Of a stretch of 64,000 nucleotides of DNA, positions 8,354 to 16,382 are shown one piece after another. The translations under genes were made by a program, and so were the position numbers. The notes beneath the pieces were generated by a model. That model saw nothing but the letters and a program-made list of their open reading frames with translations. It was not told where the DNA came from and searched no databases. Positions within the stretch are counted from its first letter, which is position 1; every line of letters starts with the position of its first letter. The DNA is from Dehalococcoidia bacterium (lineage in GTDB: Bacteria > Chloroflexota > Dehalococcoidia > Lucifugimonadales > UBA3495), in assembly GCA_965220245.1 (NCBI GenBank), contig CBDCPI010000013.1, positions 456,900 to 520,899 on the forward strand. Reading direction: 5' to 3'.

Positions 8354-10600
8354 ATGCTTCGCAACATGTGGGAGCTAGCCAAAGGACCGTTGGGGCGCAG
8401 CATGCGCCTGCTGGCTTTGGCGCTCGGTCTGATCTTCGTCATTGCAGCCTGCGGAGTGCCAGAGGGCGTTGCCCCTGCTCCCACGGCACCGGCCACGCCG
8501 GATGCGGAAAGCGTTGCTCCTGAGCCCACAGCCACGGCCACGCCGGACACAGAGCGCGTTGCTCCTGCTCCCACTGCCACGGCCGCGCCGGATAAGGAAA
8601 GCGTTGCTCCTGCTCCCACACTATCGGCCACGCCGGACACGGAAAGCGTTGCTCTTGAGCCCACCCCGGAGCACGCTATCATCTCCGCCGAGCTTCCTCC
8701 AGAGCACTACGGCGCTAGCATTGCTTCAGTGGAGAAACGGATCTATCTTTCTAACACTATAGTAAGGGCTTCACTACAGTCCACCGGGCCCGATCTTTTG
8801 CGTTTCCGGGCCATCGAGTACCTGAAAGGCTCAGGGGCAGCCGAGTTCGTGGTCCACGCTTCCACTAACCGGAACACGGCTTGGGACGACCGCGAAGCAG
8901 TGCTTTTCCTGAGCCTGCCGGAAACCGGAGCCGCCGGAGCCTCTGAGGAAGCCGCCTCGGCAAACTTCTATTTCACCGACACCGATGAGTACTATACAGG
9001 GGACTATCCGGGGGGCTATACGATAGATAGGCGGAACCCCACATGGTTGCCCTTGCAGGCAACTGCGGGCCCAAGGGGCGCAGAGGACAACGGCGTCAGC
9101 GACCCAACATTCATTACGGACTCGGCAGCCGCTACCGGCGGTTCTCCCTCAACCATCTCCCTGTCCGACCTGCGCGCGAAGATAGCGTGGGTGGAGGGGG
9201 GAGAGGACGTAGAGGACATAGAAACATACGAGCAATGCATCAGCTTCTCGATTGGACACCAACTAAGGATACGAGACTGGGAAGCGTACTACGGTCGTCC
9301 GTGGAGCCCACACCAACTTGAGAAACGGATACCATCAGGGGCACGCGAAGGGATATTGCTTGATGACGATTATTATAGAGACGGGCGTGACCGGGAATAT
9401 CACAGGTTCTGGCTCAGCGGCCAGGATGCAGACCTTTTCAGAACCCACATCGTTGACGACGATGCGGTTGCGTCCAATGGGTTTGTCCTCAGTATAACGA
9501 CTGTTCGGCCACTGCCCGGCGGCATGTATAGGTTATTCCGTCATGTTCGACCGTCCGTATACTGGCCGTGCAACTACGCGCCTGATGAGTCGTACACAGA
9601 GGACCTGATAACGGCATTTGCGCCGGAGAGTGCGGTACATGAGGCGTTCTTCGACCCCGTCGCCATTGGCGGGGCGGTGGGCGCGGATGCGGCCAACGGC
9701 GTGTTGAAGCCGGCGTCCTTCTCGTTGACCGAGGAGGGAAGCACGGCCTCCCTAAAAAAGATTGCCTGGGAGTCGGGACGGGTTGCCATGGAGTTGGAGC
9801 CTTCCTTTTCGCTGGCGGGGCATCATGCCGACTTCATCGCGCTGGACAGCTCGGTGTCGCTGCGCTTGGACTTCGACGACGCTGCGGAGATGGTTGACGG
9901 AGCGAAGGTGACGCTGGCTTGGAACGTTTGCGCCCAGCCGTGGGAGAGCGGGGACCGGCTGATGTTGCGCATCAGCCGGAGCAGGGAGGGCCTCACCGGC
10001 GTGACCAACGACGGGCCGTGCAACACGCCGCCGCCCGCGCCCCTGGACCTGAGGGCCCAGGCGACCCACGACTCGGTGACGCTGACTTGGGACGCGCCGG
10101 ACGATCCGACGGTAACCGGCTACCGGGTGCTTCGCCGAAGGCCGCCCGAGCAGCGTGAACTGGCAGTACACGTCGAAGACACCGCGACCACCACGACGAC
10201 GTACCTGGACACCCAGGATGTATTACCCGGTACGAAGTACATCTACCGTGTCCAGGCAATCAACGAGGCAGGAGTGGGCGCGGCGTCGGACCCGGCGCAG
10301 GTCACGACGGCGGCGCCCGCGCCCCTGGACCTGGCGGCACAGGCGACCCACGACTCGGTGACGCTGACGTGGAGTGCGCCTGCCGACGCTGCGGTAACGG
10401 GCTACCGGGTATTGCGTAGGGCGGCCCAGTCGGAGGATACGTTCGGCCACGTCGCGGACGTAGCGGCCACAGTGACGGCGCACCTGGACGCTGACGGCGT
10501 CGCTGCCGGCACGAGGTACATCTACCGCGTCCTGGCGATGTACGACGCCGTGGCAGGCGGCGCAGCGCGAGTCGCGGTCACGACCAACCCCGCGCCGTAA
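8354..10600 (+). CDS. Lipoprotein with Pro/Thr/Ala-rich tandem repeats and two C-terminal FN3 domains
   Basis: 748 aa. GAGAGG lies 7 nt upstream. Signal peptide with lipobox LIFVIAA|C, then 4.5 x 15-aa repeats, then two FN3 modules (TGYRVLRR...YIYRV). Confidence 0.8.
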   Translation: MLRNMWELAKGPLGRSMRLLALALGLIFVIAACGVPEGVAPAPTAPATPDAESVAPEPTATATPDTERVAPAPTATAAPDKESVAPAPTLSATPDTESVALEPTPEHAIISAELPPEHYGASIASVEKRIYLSNTIVRASLQSTGPDLLRFRAIEYLKGSGAAEFVVHASTNRNTAWDDREAVLFLSLPETGAAGASEEAASANFYFTDTDEYYTGDYPGGYTIDRRNPTWLPLQATAGPRGAEDNGVSDPTFITDSAAATGGSPSTISLSDLRAKIAWVEGGEDVEDIETYEQCISFSIGHQLRIRDWEAYYGRPWSPHQLEKRIPSGAREGILLDDDYYRDGRDREYHRFWLSGQDADLFRTHIVDDDAVASNGFVLSITTVRPLPGGMYRLFRHVRPSVYWPCNYAPDESYTEDLITAFAPESAVHEAFFDPVAIGGAVGADAANGVLKPASFSLTEEGSTASLKKIAWESGRVAMELEPSFSLAGHHADFIALDSSVSLRLDFDDAAEMVDGAKVTLAWNVCAQPWESGDRLMLRISRSREGLTGVTNDGPCNTPPPAPLDLRAQATHDSVTLTWDAPDDPTVTGYRVLRRRPPEQRELAVHVEDTATTTTTYLDTQDVLPGTKYIYRVQAINEAGVGAASDPAQVTTAAPAPLDLAAQATHDSVTLTWSAPADAAVTGYRVLRRAAQSEDTFGHVADVAATVTAHLDADGVAAGTRYIYRVLAMYDAVAGGAARVAVTTNPAP
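8471..8670 (+). repeat. 45-bp in-frame tandem repeat, about 4.5 copies (APAPTATAxPDxESV units)
   Basis: Direct reading gives gctcctgctcccac.gccacggcc.cgccgga....gaaagcgtt repeated head to tail inside the lipoprotein gene. Confidence 0.85.
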
Positions 10601-10639
10601 GGCTCCCGTCGTCCGGTTGGCTCGCCCTCAGAGAAGAGG

Positions 10640-10793
10640 ACAGGGCCTTTTCACTGTCACCCTGAGCATAGCGAAGGGTCTAAAATCCCTGACTGCATTC
10701 TCTTTCTTCGGTACTCGGACCAAGTTCTTGCTGAAGGTTTTTAGATTCTTCGCCTACGGCCCAGAATGACATTTCCGAGAATGAAAAGGCCCC
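10640..10793. repeat. REP/MITE-like composite palindromic element, same family and orientation as 5384-5534
   Basis: Termini gggccttttca / tgaaaaggcccc are inverted repeats. The inner arms are gtcaccctgagcatagcgaagggtc and gattcttcgcctacggcccagaatgaca. It is flanked by agagaagagg at 10630-10639 and 10794-10803. Confidence 0.55.
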
Positions 10794-11002
10794 AGAGAAG
10801 AGGCAGACCCCGTTGGAGCCCGATGCGGCGCGGGCTACACGGTACTGTCTGCCGACCCGTCCCGCGCACAGACGCCCTTCCGTAGGCCCATCGGTTGAAT
10901 ACGACTCCGTACCAGGGATGACTCTTAGGGTATGGCTGCCATGTTAAACTGCTAGGCGGACCGGTTGAGGTCCCACTATCTCGATGCTGCCGAGGGTAAT
11001 AA

Positions 11003-12346
11003 ATGGATGACCGGGCTGGGGCCTTTAAGCTAATCAAGGGCGGTCTTCTGATCGATGGCAAGGGCGGGCCGCCCACCCCGGACGGCGCGGTGCTCATACA
11101 AGGCACTAAGATCCGTGCTGTTGGTGCAGCAGCGCAGGTTACGGCGCCGGAGGGCGCGGTTGTCGAGACCTATGAATACCCTGGCAAGACCATTATGCCG
11201 GGCATGATCGACTGCCATACCCACCACAACGGTTTCGGGGACGGCCGGTTCGGCGAAGCGGTGGCCGAATTGCCGGACGAGGTGCTGGCTATTCAGTCGG
11301 CCCGCAACGCTAGGGCCAGCCTCTACTCCGGGGTTACGACGGTCCGGGACAACGGCGGGAAGGGCCAAACGATGTTTCGCGTCCGGGACGCTATGCGGCT
11401 GGGGATAACTCCCGGCCCTCGCATGGTGCTCTGCGGCCGCCCGGTGACGACCGTCGGAGGCCACACCTGGTACTTTGGCGGTGAAGCCACCGGCCCAACG
11501 GAAGTGGTGGCGGCCACCAGGCAGCTTATCAAAGAGGGCGCCGATTACATCAAAATCATGGCGACCGGCGGGACTACCAGAACGTCGGACCCGCTGCGGC
11601 CTTCGTTCAACTTGGCGGAGCTGGAGGCGATAACCCAAGAAGCCCACAAATTCGGCAAGCTGACCGCGGCCCACTGCACCTCCACCCAGGGAATTATTAA
11701 CAGCTTGGACGCTGGCGTAGATATGATTATCCACTGCTATTTTCGTGAGCCCGACGGCACGCCGAATTTCCGAGGTGAGATAGCCGAACGCATCGGCCAA
11801 GACGAGGCCTACATCAATCCAACGTTGCACGCTACCAGGGCGAGAATTTGGGCCTTGCAGCATAAGCTAGAAACCCAAGGCCTGAACAGCGAGGAGCGAG
11901 CTAGACTCGACAGCCTGCTGGCCGACTTTGACGTTCGTATGGAGTACCTGCAACGGCTGATTTCCATGGGTTTGAACATCGTTACCGGCTCAGACTCCTC
12001 TTGGGGTGACTTCCAACTGGGTAACACGGTGTATGAAACCGAATGTCTGGTGATGGCGGGCTGCTCGCCGATGCAGGGCATTTTGTCGGTCACCAGCAGG
12101 GCAGCCAAGTCTCTGGGCGTGGACTCTGAGACCGGCGCCTTGGAACCGGGAAAGGAGGCCGACATTATCGTGGTTGACGGTAACCCGGCCGACGACATCA
12201 CCCGCTTGTGGCATGTGGAGGACGTCTTCTTGGCGGGCGAAAAGGTCGCTCGGGGTCCCGACGATTTCTTATCGTCTTTGCGCCAGCAGCGCCCCTCTGC
12301 GTTGCCGGAGATGGCCCTGCTCCAAGCGTCGGGGGTTATACGATAG
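11003..12346 (+). CDS. Amidohydrolase-family metal-dependent hydrolase (COG1228-like)
   Basis: 447 aa. Contains ...PGMIDCHTHH... (the HxH metal site) and later ...KIMATGG.. and ..AHC.. motifs. Confidence 0.85.
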   Translation: MDDRAGAFKLIKGGLLIDGKGGPPTPDGAVLIQGTKIRAVGAAAQVTAPEGAVVETYEYPGKTIMPGMIDCHTHHNGFGDGRFGEAVAELPDEVLAIQSARNARASLYSGVTTVRDNGGKGQTMFRVRDAMRLGITPGPRMVLCGRPVTTVGGHTWYFGGEATGPTEVVAATRQLIKEGADYIKIMATGGTTRTSDPLRPSFNLAELEAITQEAHKFGKLTAAHCTSTQGIINSLDAGVDMIIHCYFREPDGTPNFRGEIAERIGQDEAYINPTLHATRARIWALQHKLETQGLNSEERARLDSLLADFDVRMEYLQRLISMGLNIVTGSDSSWGDFQLGNTVYETECLVMAGCSPMQGILSVTSRAAKSLGVDSETGALEPGKEADIIVVDGNPADDITRLWHVEDVFLAGEKVARGPDDFLSSLRQQRPSALPEMALLQASGVIR

Positions 12347-12408
12347 CGCCGGTTTAATTGAACGTCTTCGCTCTGGAATTTTCCATCATTCCAATACAAG
12401 GGGCAGTT

Positions 12409-13248
12409 ATGACAACTTATCCGATGTTGAGTGTGATCGACCTAGTGAACTCGGAAGCTAGGCGTTTGGGCGATTTCTTGGCCAGCCTGACCGAGTCGAA
12501 TTGGTTCCATGACAGCGCGTGCGACGGTTGGAAGGTCGGGGACGTAGTGGCCCACTTGACCGTCGGCTCGGAGACCTGGGCCAACTCTTTGACCCGAGCC
12601 GCGGCCGGCGATGCCGGTCCGCCTTCCGGTCAAAACTTTCTCGCGCCCGGCGAGCGGGGTTCCGAGAGCACCGCTCAAGCGGCGGTCTCGGTATTTCAGG
12701 ACAAGGGCTTGGCTTTGCTGGAAGATTACCGCGCCGGTTACGACCGGCTGGCTCAGGTTTTGGCTAAATTACGGGCCGAGGACTGGGACAAGCCCTGCTT
12801 CCACCGTCGCGGGCCCATGCCGGTACAGAACTTCGTCGCCTTACGGGTCCAGGAACTGGCGGTCCACGGCTGGGACATACGCTCGGGGCTCGACCCGGCC
12901 GCGGAGATGGGGGAGGAACCTCTCCCCTACCTGGTGAATATGGTGCCCCGGTGGCTGAGGACCGCCTTTTTGCCGGGTCAGGGTCTGCCCGAACCGGCCC
13001 GGTTCCGCTTCGATGTCGCTAGCCCGGTGGCGGTAAACCAAGACGTGGTGATCAGTAACGGGGCCTTCGAGATCGAAGCTGGCGGGGAAGGCGCGGCTGA
13101 CGCCGTTTTCCGGTGCAATACCGGGAACTACATTTTGCTGGTCTACGGGCGATTGGGCGTGGAGGAGGGTCTGTCTTCCGGCCGGTTCGCTGTTGAAGGC
13201 TCTGCGGAGCAAGCAGCTAATTTTACCCGCTGGTTCCAAGGATTCTAG
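12409..13248 (+). CDS. DinB/maleylpyruvate-isomerase N-terminal domain protein (TIGR03083-like) with an SCP2-like C-terminus
   Basis: ...W...SACDGWKVGDVVAHL... is the DinB-like motif. I chose ATG at 12409 after AAGGGG; the ORF track starts at 12358. Confidence 0.65.
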   Translation: MTTYPMLSVIDLVNSEARRLGDFLASLTESNWFHDSACDGWKVGDVVAHLTVGSETWANSLTRAAAGDAGPPSGQNFLAPGERGSESTAQAAVSVFQDKGLALLEDYRAGYDRLAQVLAKLRAEDWDKPCFHRRGPMPVQNFVALRVQELAVHGWDIRSGLDPAAEMGEEPLPYLVNMVPRWLRTAFLPGQGLPEPARFRFDVASPVAVNQDVVISNGAFEIEAGGEGAADAVFRCNTGNYILLVYGRLGVEEGLSSGRFAVEGSAEQAANFTRWFQGF

Positions 13249-13267
13249 CGGACTGCTTCGAGAGAAA

Positions 13268-13293
13268 GCCGCTGCGCCCGGTGGCGCAGCGGC
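13268..13293 (+). terminator. GC-rich hairpin downstream of the DinB-like gene (11-bp stem, tetraloop, no U-tract)
   Basis: gccgctgcgcc-cggt-ggcgcagcggc forms a perfect stem. It lies 20 nt after the stop codon. Confidence 0.35.
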
Positions 13294-13508
13294 TGCTCCC
13301 TTCGCCGGTGTAGCGGGATTTCTCGTTGCGTCCCCCGGTTTCCGGGACTAGAATAACCGTACAGACCGCGGCATTTACCGGAATTGGTCTATCACCAGCA
13401 TTATATAACCTAATATGCCAAGCAAGCGGTCCGGCGAAACCAAGGCCCCGCCATTGCTAGACTAACTCTATTCCGCTACGGACTCTCTCCCCAATGGTTC
13501 CCAAGCCT

Positions 13509-13582
13509 GGGTGGTTAGCTCAGTTGGTTAGAGCGCCTGCTTTACACGCAGGAGGCCGCAGGTTCGAGTCCTGCACCGCCCA
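13509..13582 (+). tRNA. tRNA-Val (anticodon TAC)
   Basis: I folded the cloverleaf by hand. Acceptor GGGTGGT/ACCGCCC, D-stem GCTC/GAGC, anticodon stem CCTGC/GCAGG with loop TTTACAC, T-arm GCAGG-TTCGAGT-CCTGC, discriminator A. CCA is not encoded. Confidence 0.93.
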
Positions 13583-13805
13583 CTTTTTCCGGCCTCGTAA
13601 CCGCCCCACAACAGGCCCGGCCGTCCCGGGTCAGCCGTTTACGGGCTCCCTTTGGCGGACACCACACTGGTGCAACGGGTGGTCTGATTCATTCCTTTCC
13701 TCCCGTGTACCATCGCTCTCATCTACACTGTGGGTTAGAATGTTTATGACTTGCTGAGTGCGGACAAAAGGGTTGAACAGAAATCAAAATAAGGGAGGAC
13801 CATAA

Positions 13806-14948
13806 ATGGCAACGACCCATTTCCAACCATTGATTTCGGCCGATTCCCACGTCATGGAACCACCGGACTTGTGGTGGAATGCTTTGGGGAACAAGTTCGG
13901 GGACCGCACTCCCCGGCAGCTCGACGAATACAACGGGGAGAAAGGGAAATTCTTTTTCTCGGGGTATCTTGGCTGCCCGGTAGCCCGGGTCCGGGAACAA
14001 CTCTCCAGCCAAACCGAGGCTGCTGCTTTTGAGGCCCAAGAAAAGGGACTGGGCGCCGTTGGCTATGACCCCGAGGTACGAGTCAAGTTCCAGGTAGAAG
14101 CCGGTCTGGACGCAGAGGCGATGAATCCCACCACCATGCTGGGAGTGATGCGCAACCCCGATGTGCCGGTGCTGCAAGCCTGCTCCGAGGTCTTCAACGA
14201 CTGGTTGGCGGAGTTCGTCTCCTACAGCCCCCAGCGGCTCATAGGCATCGGGGTTATTCCTATCCATGACGTCGATTGGGCGGTGAAGGAGCTGACTAGG
14301 ACGCTAAACAAGGGCCTCAATAGCCCCATGATCAATTGTCAACCGCCGGAGGGTTGCCCGCCATATCGCGACCCTGTCTATGACAAGTTTTGGGCCGCGG
14401 CGCAGGAGGCCGGAGTCCCGATAACTTTGCATATCCTGACCGGCCGGGTCATGGACGCCCTTATTCTGGCCCGCGCCGGGCAAACGCCGGAGGAGATGTC
14501 AGCCAATCCCGGACTGTGGGTGGACCTGTTCATCGAAATACAGACGGTCTTGGCTAACGACTTCATCTATGGCGGCATCTTGGACCGGTTCCCCAATCTG
14601 AAAATACTTTGCAGCGAGTTCGAGGTCTCTTGGATTCCCGGCTTCATGGCCCGGCTGGACCAAATCGAGGATATTGCGCCTCGGCTGGACCTGCACAAGC
14701 TCGACATGAAGGCCAGCGACTACATGAAGACGCGGGTCTTCCACGGATTTATCGACGATACCGCAGCCGAACACGCTATACCCTATGTGGGCGCCGGCCA
14801 GATTCTATGGGGCTCAGACTTTCCCCACATCCGGTCCATCGGGTTGGACGCTCAATCGAGGCTATACCGGCAGCTCCAGACCTTCTCGGCGGAAGACCAA
14901 GCCAAACTGGTGGGCGGAAACGCCGCAACCGTGTTCAACCTGAATTAA
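13806..14948 (+). CDS. Amidohydrolase_2 (PF04909-like; ACMSD / lactone-hydrolase type)
   Basis: 380 aa. AAGGGAGGA RBS. N-terminal ...SADSHVMEPPDLW... and C-terminal ...ILWGSDFPH... are typical of the family. Confidence 0.8.
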   Translation: MATTHFQPLISADSHVMEPPDLWWNALGNKFGDRTPRQLDEYNGEKGKFFFSGYLGCPVARVREQLSSQTEAAAFEAQEKGLGAVGYDPEVRVKFQVEAGLDAEAMNPTTMLGVMRNPDVPVLQACSEVFNDWLAEFVSYSPQRLIGIGVIPIHDVDWAVKELTRTLNKGLNSPMINCQPPEGCPPYRDPVYDKFWAAAQEAGVPITLHILTGRVMDALILARAGQTPEEMSANPGLWVDLFIEIQTVLANDFIYGGILDRFPNLKILCSEFEVSWIPGFMARLDQIEDIAPRLDLHKLDMKASDYMKTRVFHGFIDDTAAEHAIPYVGAGQILWGSDFPHIRSIGLDAQSRLYRQLQTFSAEDQAKLVGGNAATVFNLN

Positions 14949-14969
14949 GGGCAACCAACCGCTCAAAAG

Positions 14970-15006
14970 AATCACCGCCCCTTGGTGTAACTAGGGGGCG
15001 GTGATT
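14970..15006. terminator. Bidirectional hairpin between convergent genes
   Basis: aatcaccgcccc-(12-13 nt loop)-ggggcggtgatt gives a 12-bp perfect stem. It sits between the stops at 14948 (+) and 15048 (-). Confidence 0.55.
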
Positions 15007-15047
15007 GGTCGGCTTATAAGCGGTTTCTCCAGGCATTGCGACGATCT

Positions 15048-16382
15048 CTACTGGGGAGGCTCCGGCGGAGGCAATCTGCCTCCGAGCTGGCGGACCAAGC
15101 TGGCTAGGAACATTCCGATCAGCAGCGCGGCAATCGCCACAATGGTGGTAAGCAGCCAAGGGTAGCGTTCGGTGAAGGGCTTGGGTGGCGGCGCCAGTAC
15201 GGTGAACGCCGGGTTTTGCGTATGGACTCCCAAGCTCGCAACCGGCAGGTCTTCGGTTACTAGGTAGGGGAAGATGCGCTCCAACTCGTACGATGGGGCT
15301 GCCACGTCCGCGTTGCCATAGTAGAGCCGGTATGACCTCCCGGCTTCTGCGGAAAAGAGCAGTTTCCTGAGGAACCCGTCGGCCCATGCCCTCTCCACTG
15401 GCAGTGGGGCATTGTCCTCGTTCCGGATAGTAACCCGGTAGTACCGATACCTGGACTCCCTGAAGTCTATTGACTGGTCGTTGCCGACGAATTTGGGAGT
15501 AGCAACATCGTAGAGGGTTTCCTCCGGCTGCACCATGTACCAGGTTAGGGAATCGTCGCTGCCCTCCAACGACACTTGGCGGTAGAAGTTTCGGCGAGGA
15601 ATCTCAAGCTCGATACGGTTGGCCGGGAACCCGGAGCTAGCCCCGTCCAGCACCAAGACGGTCTCTTTCGCCTCCTGGCGCTCCTCCCGCCCAATGACGG
15701 CAACCGGAAGCTTGGCACGCCGAGGCTCCAATTGCTGATCGAAAAAAACCACGCCTCCCCGGACGTTCAGCGGCTCCTTCCCCCCGTCGAGGATGGTCAC
15801 TCTTAGGAAACGTGCGGCGCTGACCGGGTATTTGACCCGGGTATCCCTCGCGGTAAAGCCGCGTTCCTCTATGGTCAGGTCAAAGATCGTGCCGGACCGC
15901 TCCACCACGCGCCAGGTCTCCCCGTCGTCGCTGGTTTCTATCTCGACTGTCCGTTGAAAGTTCTTGGAGGAAGACTGGACTTCAACCTCGTTGTGCAGCT
16001 TGCCTGGCGATTGCAAGTCGATGATGAAGCTGGCGCCCTGCCCAGGAGAGTGTCCCAAGTCCCGCACCTTGACCGGCACAGAGGCCCTCCGGTGGTCACC
16101 GGACTCCACCAGCAGTTTGTACGGGACTTCTCTACCCTCCGGTTGCTCCATCACGCGGATGTCGCCTAGCCGGGGAGACGAGTGGGCGTACACGTCCCGG
16201 TCCAGCGCGACCTCCACGAGTCCCGGTCCCGAGAAGCTGCCCGGAAGCGCCACCGGTTTGTAGAAGCGCCACTCCTGCTCTATAACGCCAGCCAGCGCCG
16301 GGAGCACGGTTAGTAGCGCCGCCACGGCGATAACCGCGGCTAGGGCGAAGCTTCGATGCATCTCTCTAAGCCCGCTGGCCAA
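15048..16382 (-). CDS. DUF3999-like membrane-anchored protein
   Basis: 444 aa with an N-terminal signal/anchor, a beta-rich body and a C-terminal TM helix. It sits immediately downstream of, and overlaps, a DUF2339-like gene, which is the usual pairing. The start may be ATG 16361 rather than TTG 16382. Confidence 0.7.
   Translation of the reverse strand: MASGLREMHRSFALAAVIAVAALLTVLPALAGVIEQEWRFYKPVALPGSFSGPGLVEVALDRDVYAHSSPRLGDIRVMEQPEGREVPYKLLVESGDHRRASVPVKVRDLGHSPGQGASFIIDLQSPGKLHNEVEVQSSSKNFQRTVEIETSDDGETWRVVERSGTIFDLTIEERGFTARDTRVKYPVSAARFLRVTILDGGKEPLNVRGGVVFFDQQLEPRRAKLPVAVIGREERQEAKETVLVLDGASSGFPANRIELEIPRRNFYRQVSLEGSDDSLTWYMVQPEETLYDVATPKFVGNDQSIDFRESRYRYYRVTIRNEDNAPLPVERAWADGFLRKLLFSAEAGRSYRLYYGNADVAAPSYELERIFPYLVTEDLPVASLGVHTQNPAFTVLAPPPKPFTERYPWLLTTIVAIAALLIGMFLASLVRQLGGRLPPPEPPQ

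Noticed and set aside
8471-8670. A regularly spaced repeat array, considered as a possible CRISPR.
   Set aside because: The 45-bp units are directly adjacent with no spacers. They are in frame and encode a Pro/Thr-rich protein linker inside a long ORF. No cas genes are present.
10741-11106. The 121-aa minus-strand ORF spanning the REP element and the start of the amidohydrolase gene.
   Set aside because: It overlaps a repeat element and the 5' end of a well-supported gene. It has no RBS and no motifs.
13509-13582. tRNA-Val as an integration site of a genomic island.
   Set aside because: I found no second copy of the tRNA 3' end (an att-like direct repeat) and no integrase gene in the window. 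The flanking genes are ordinary metabolic genes.
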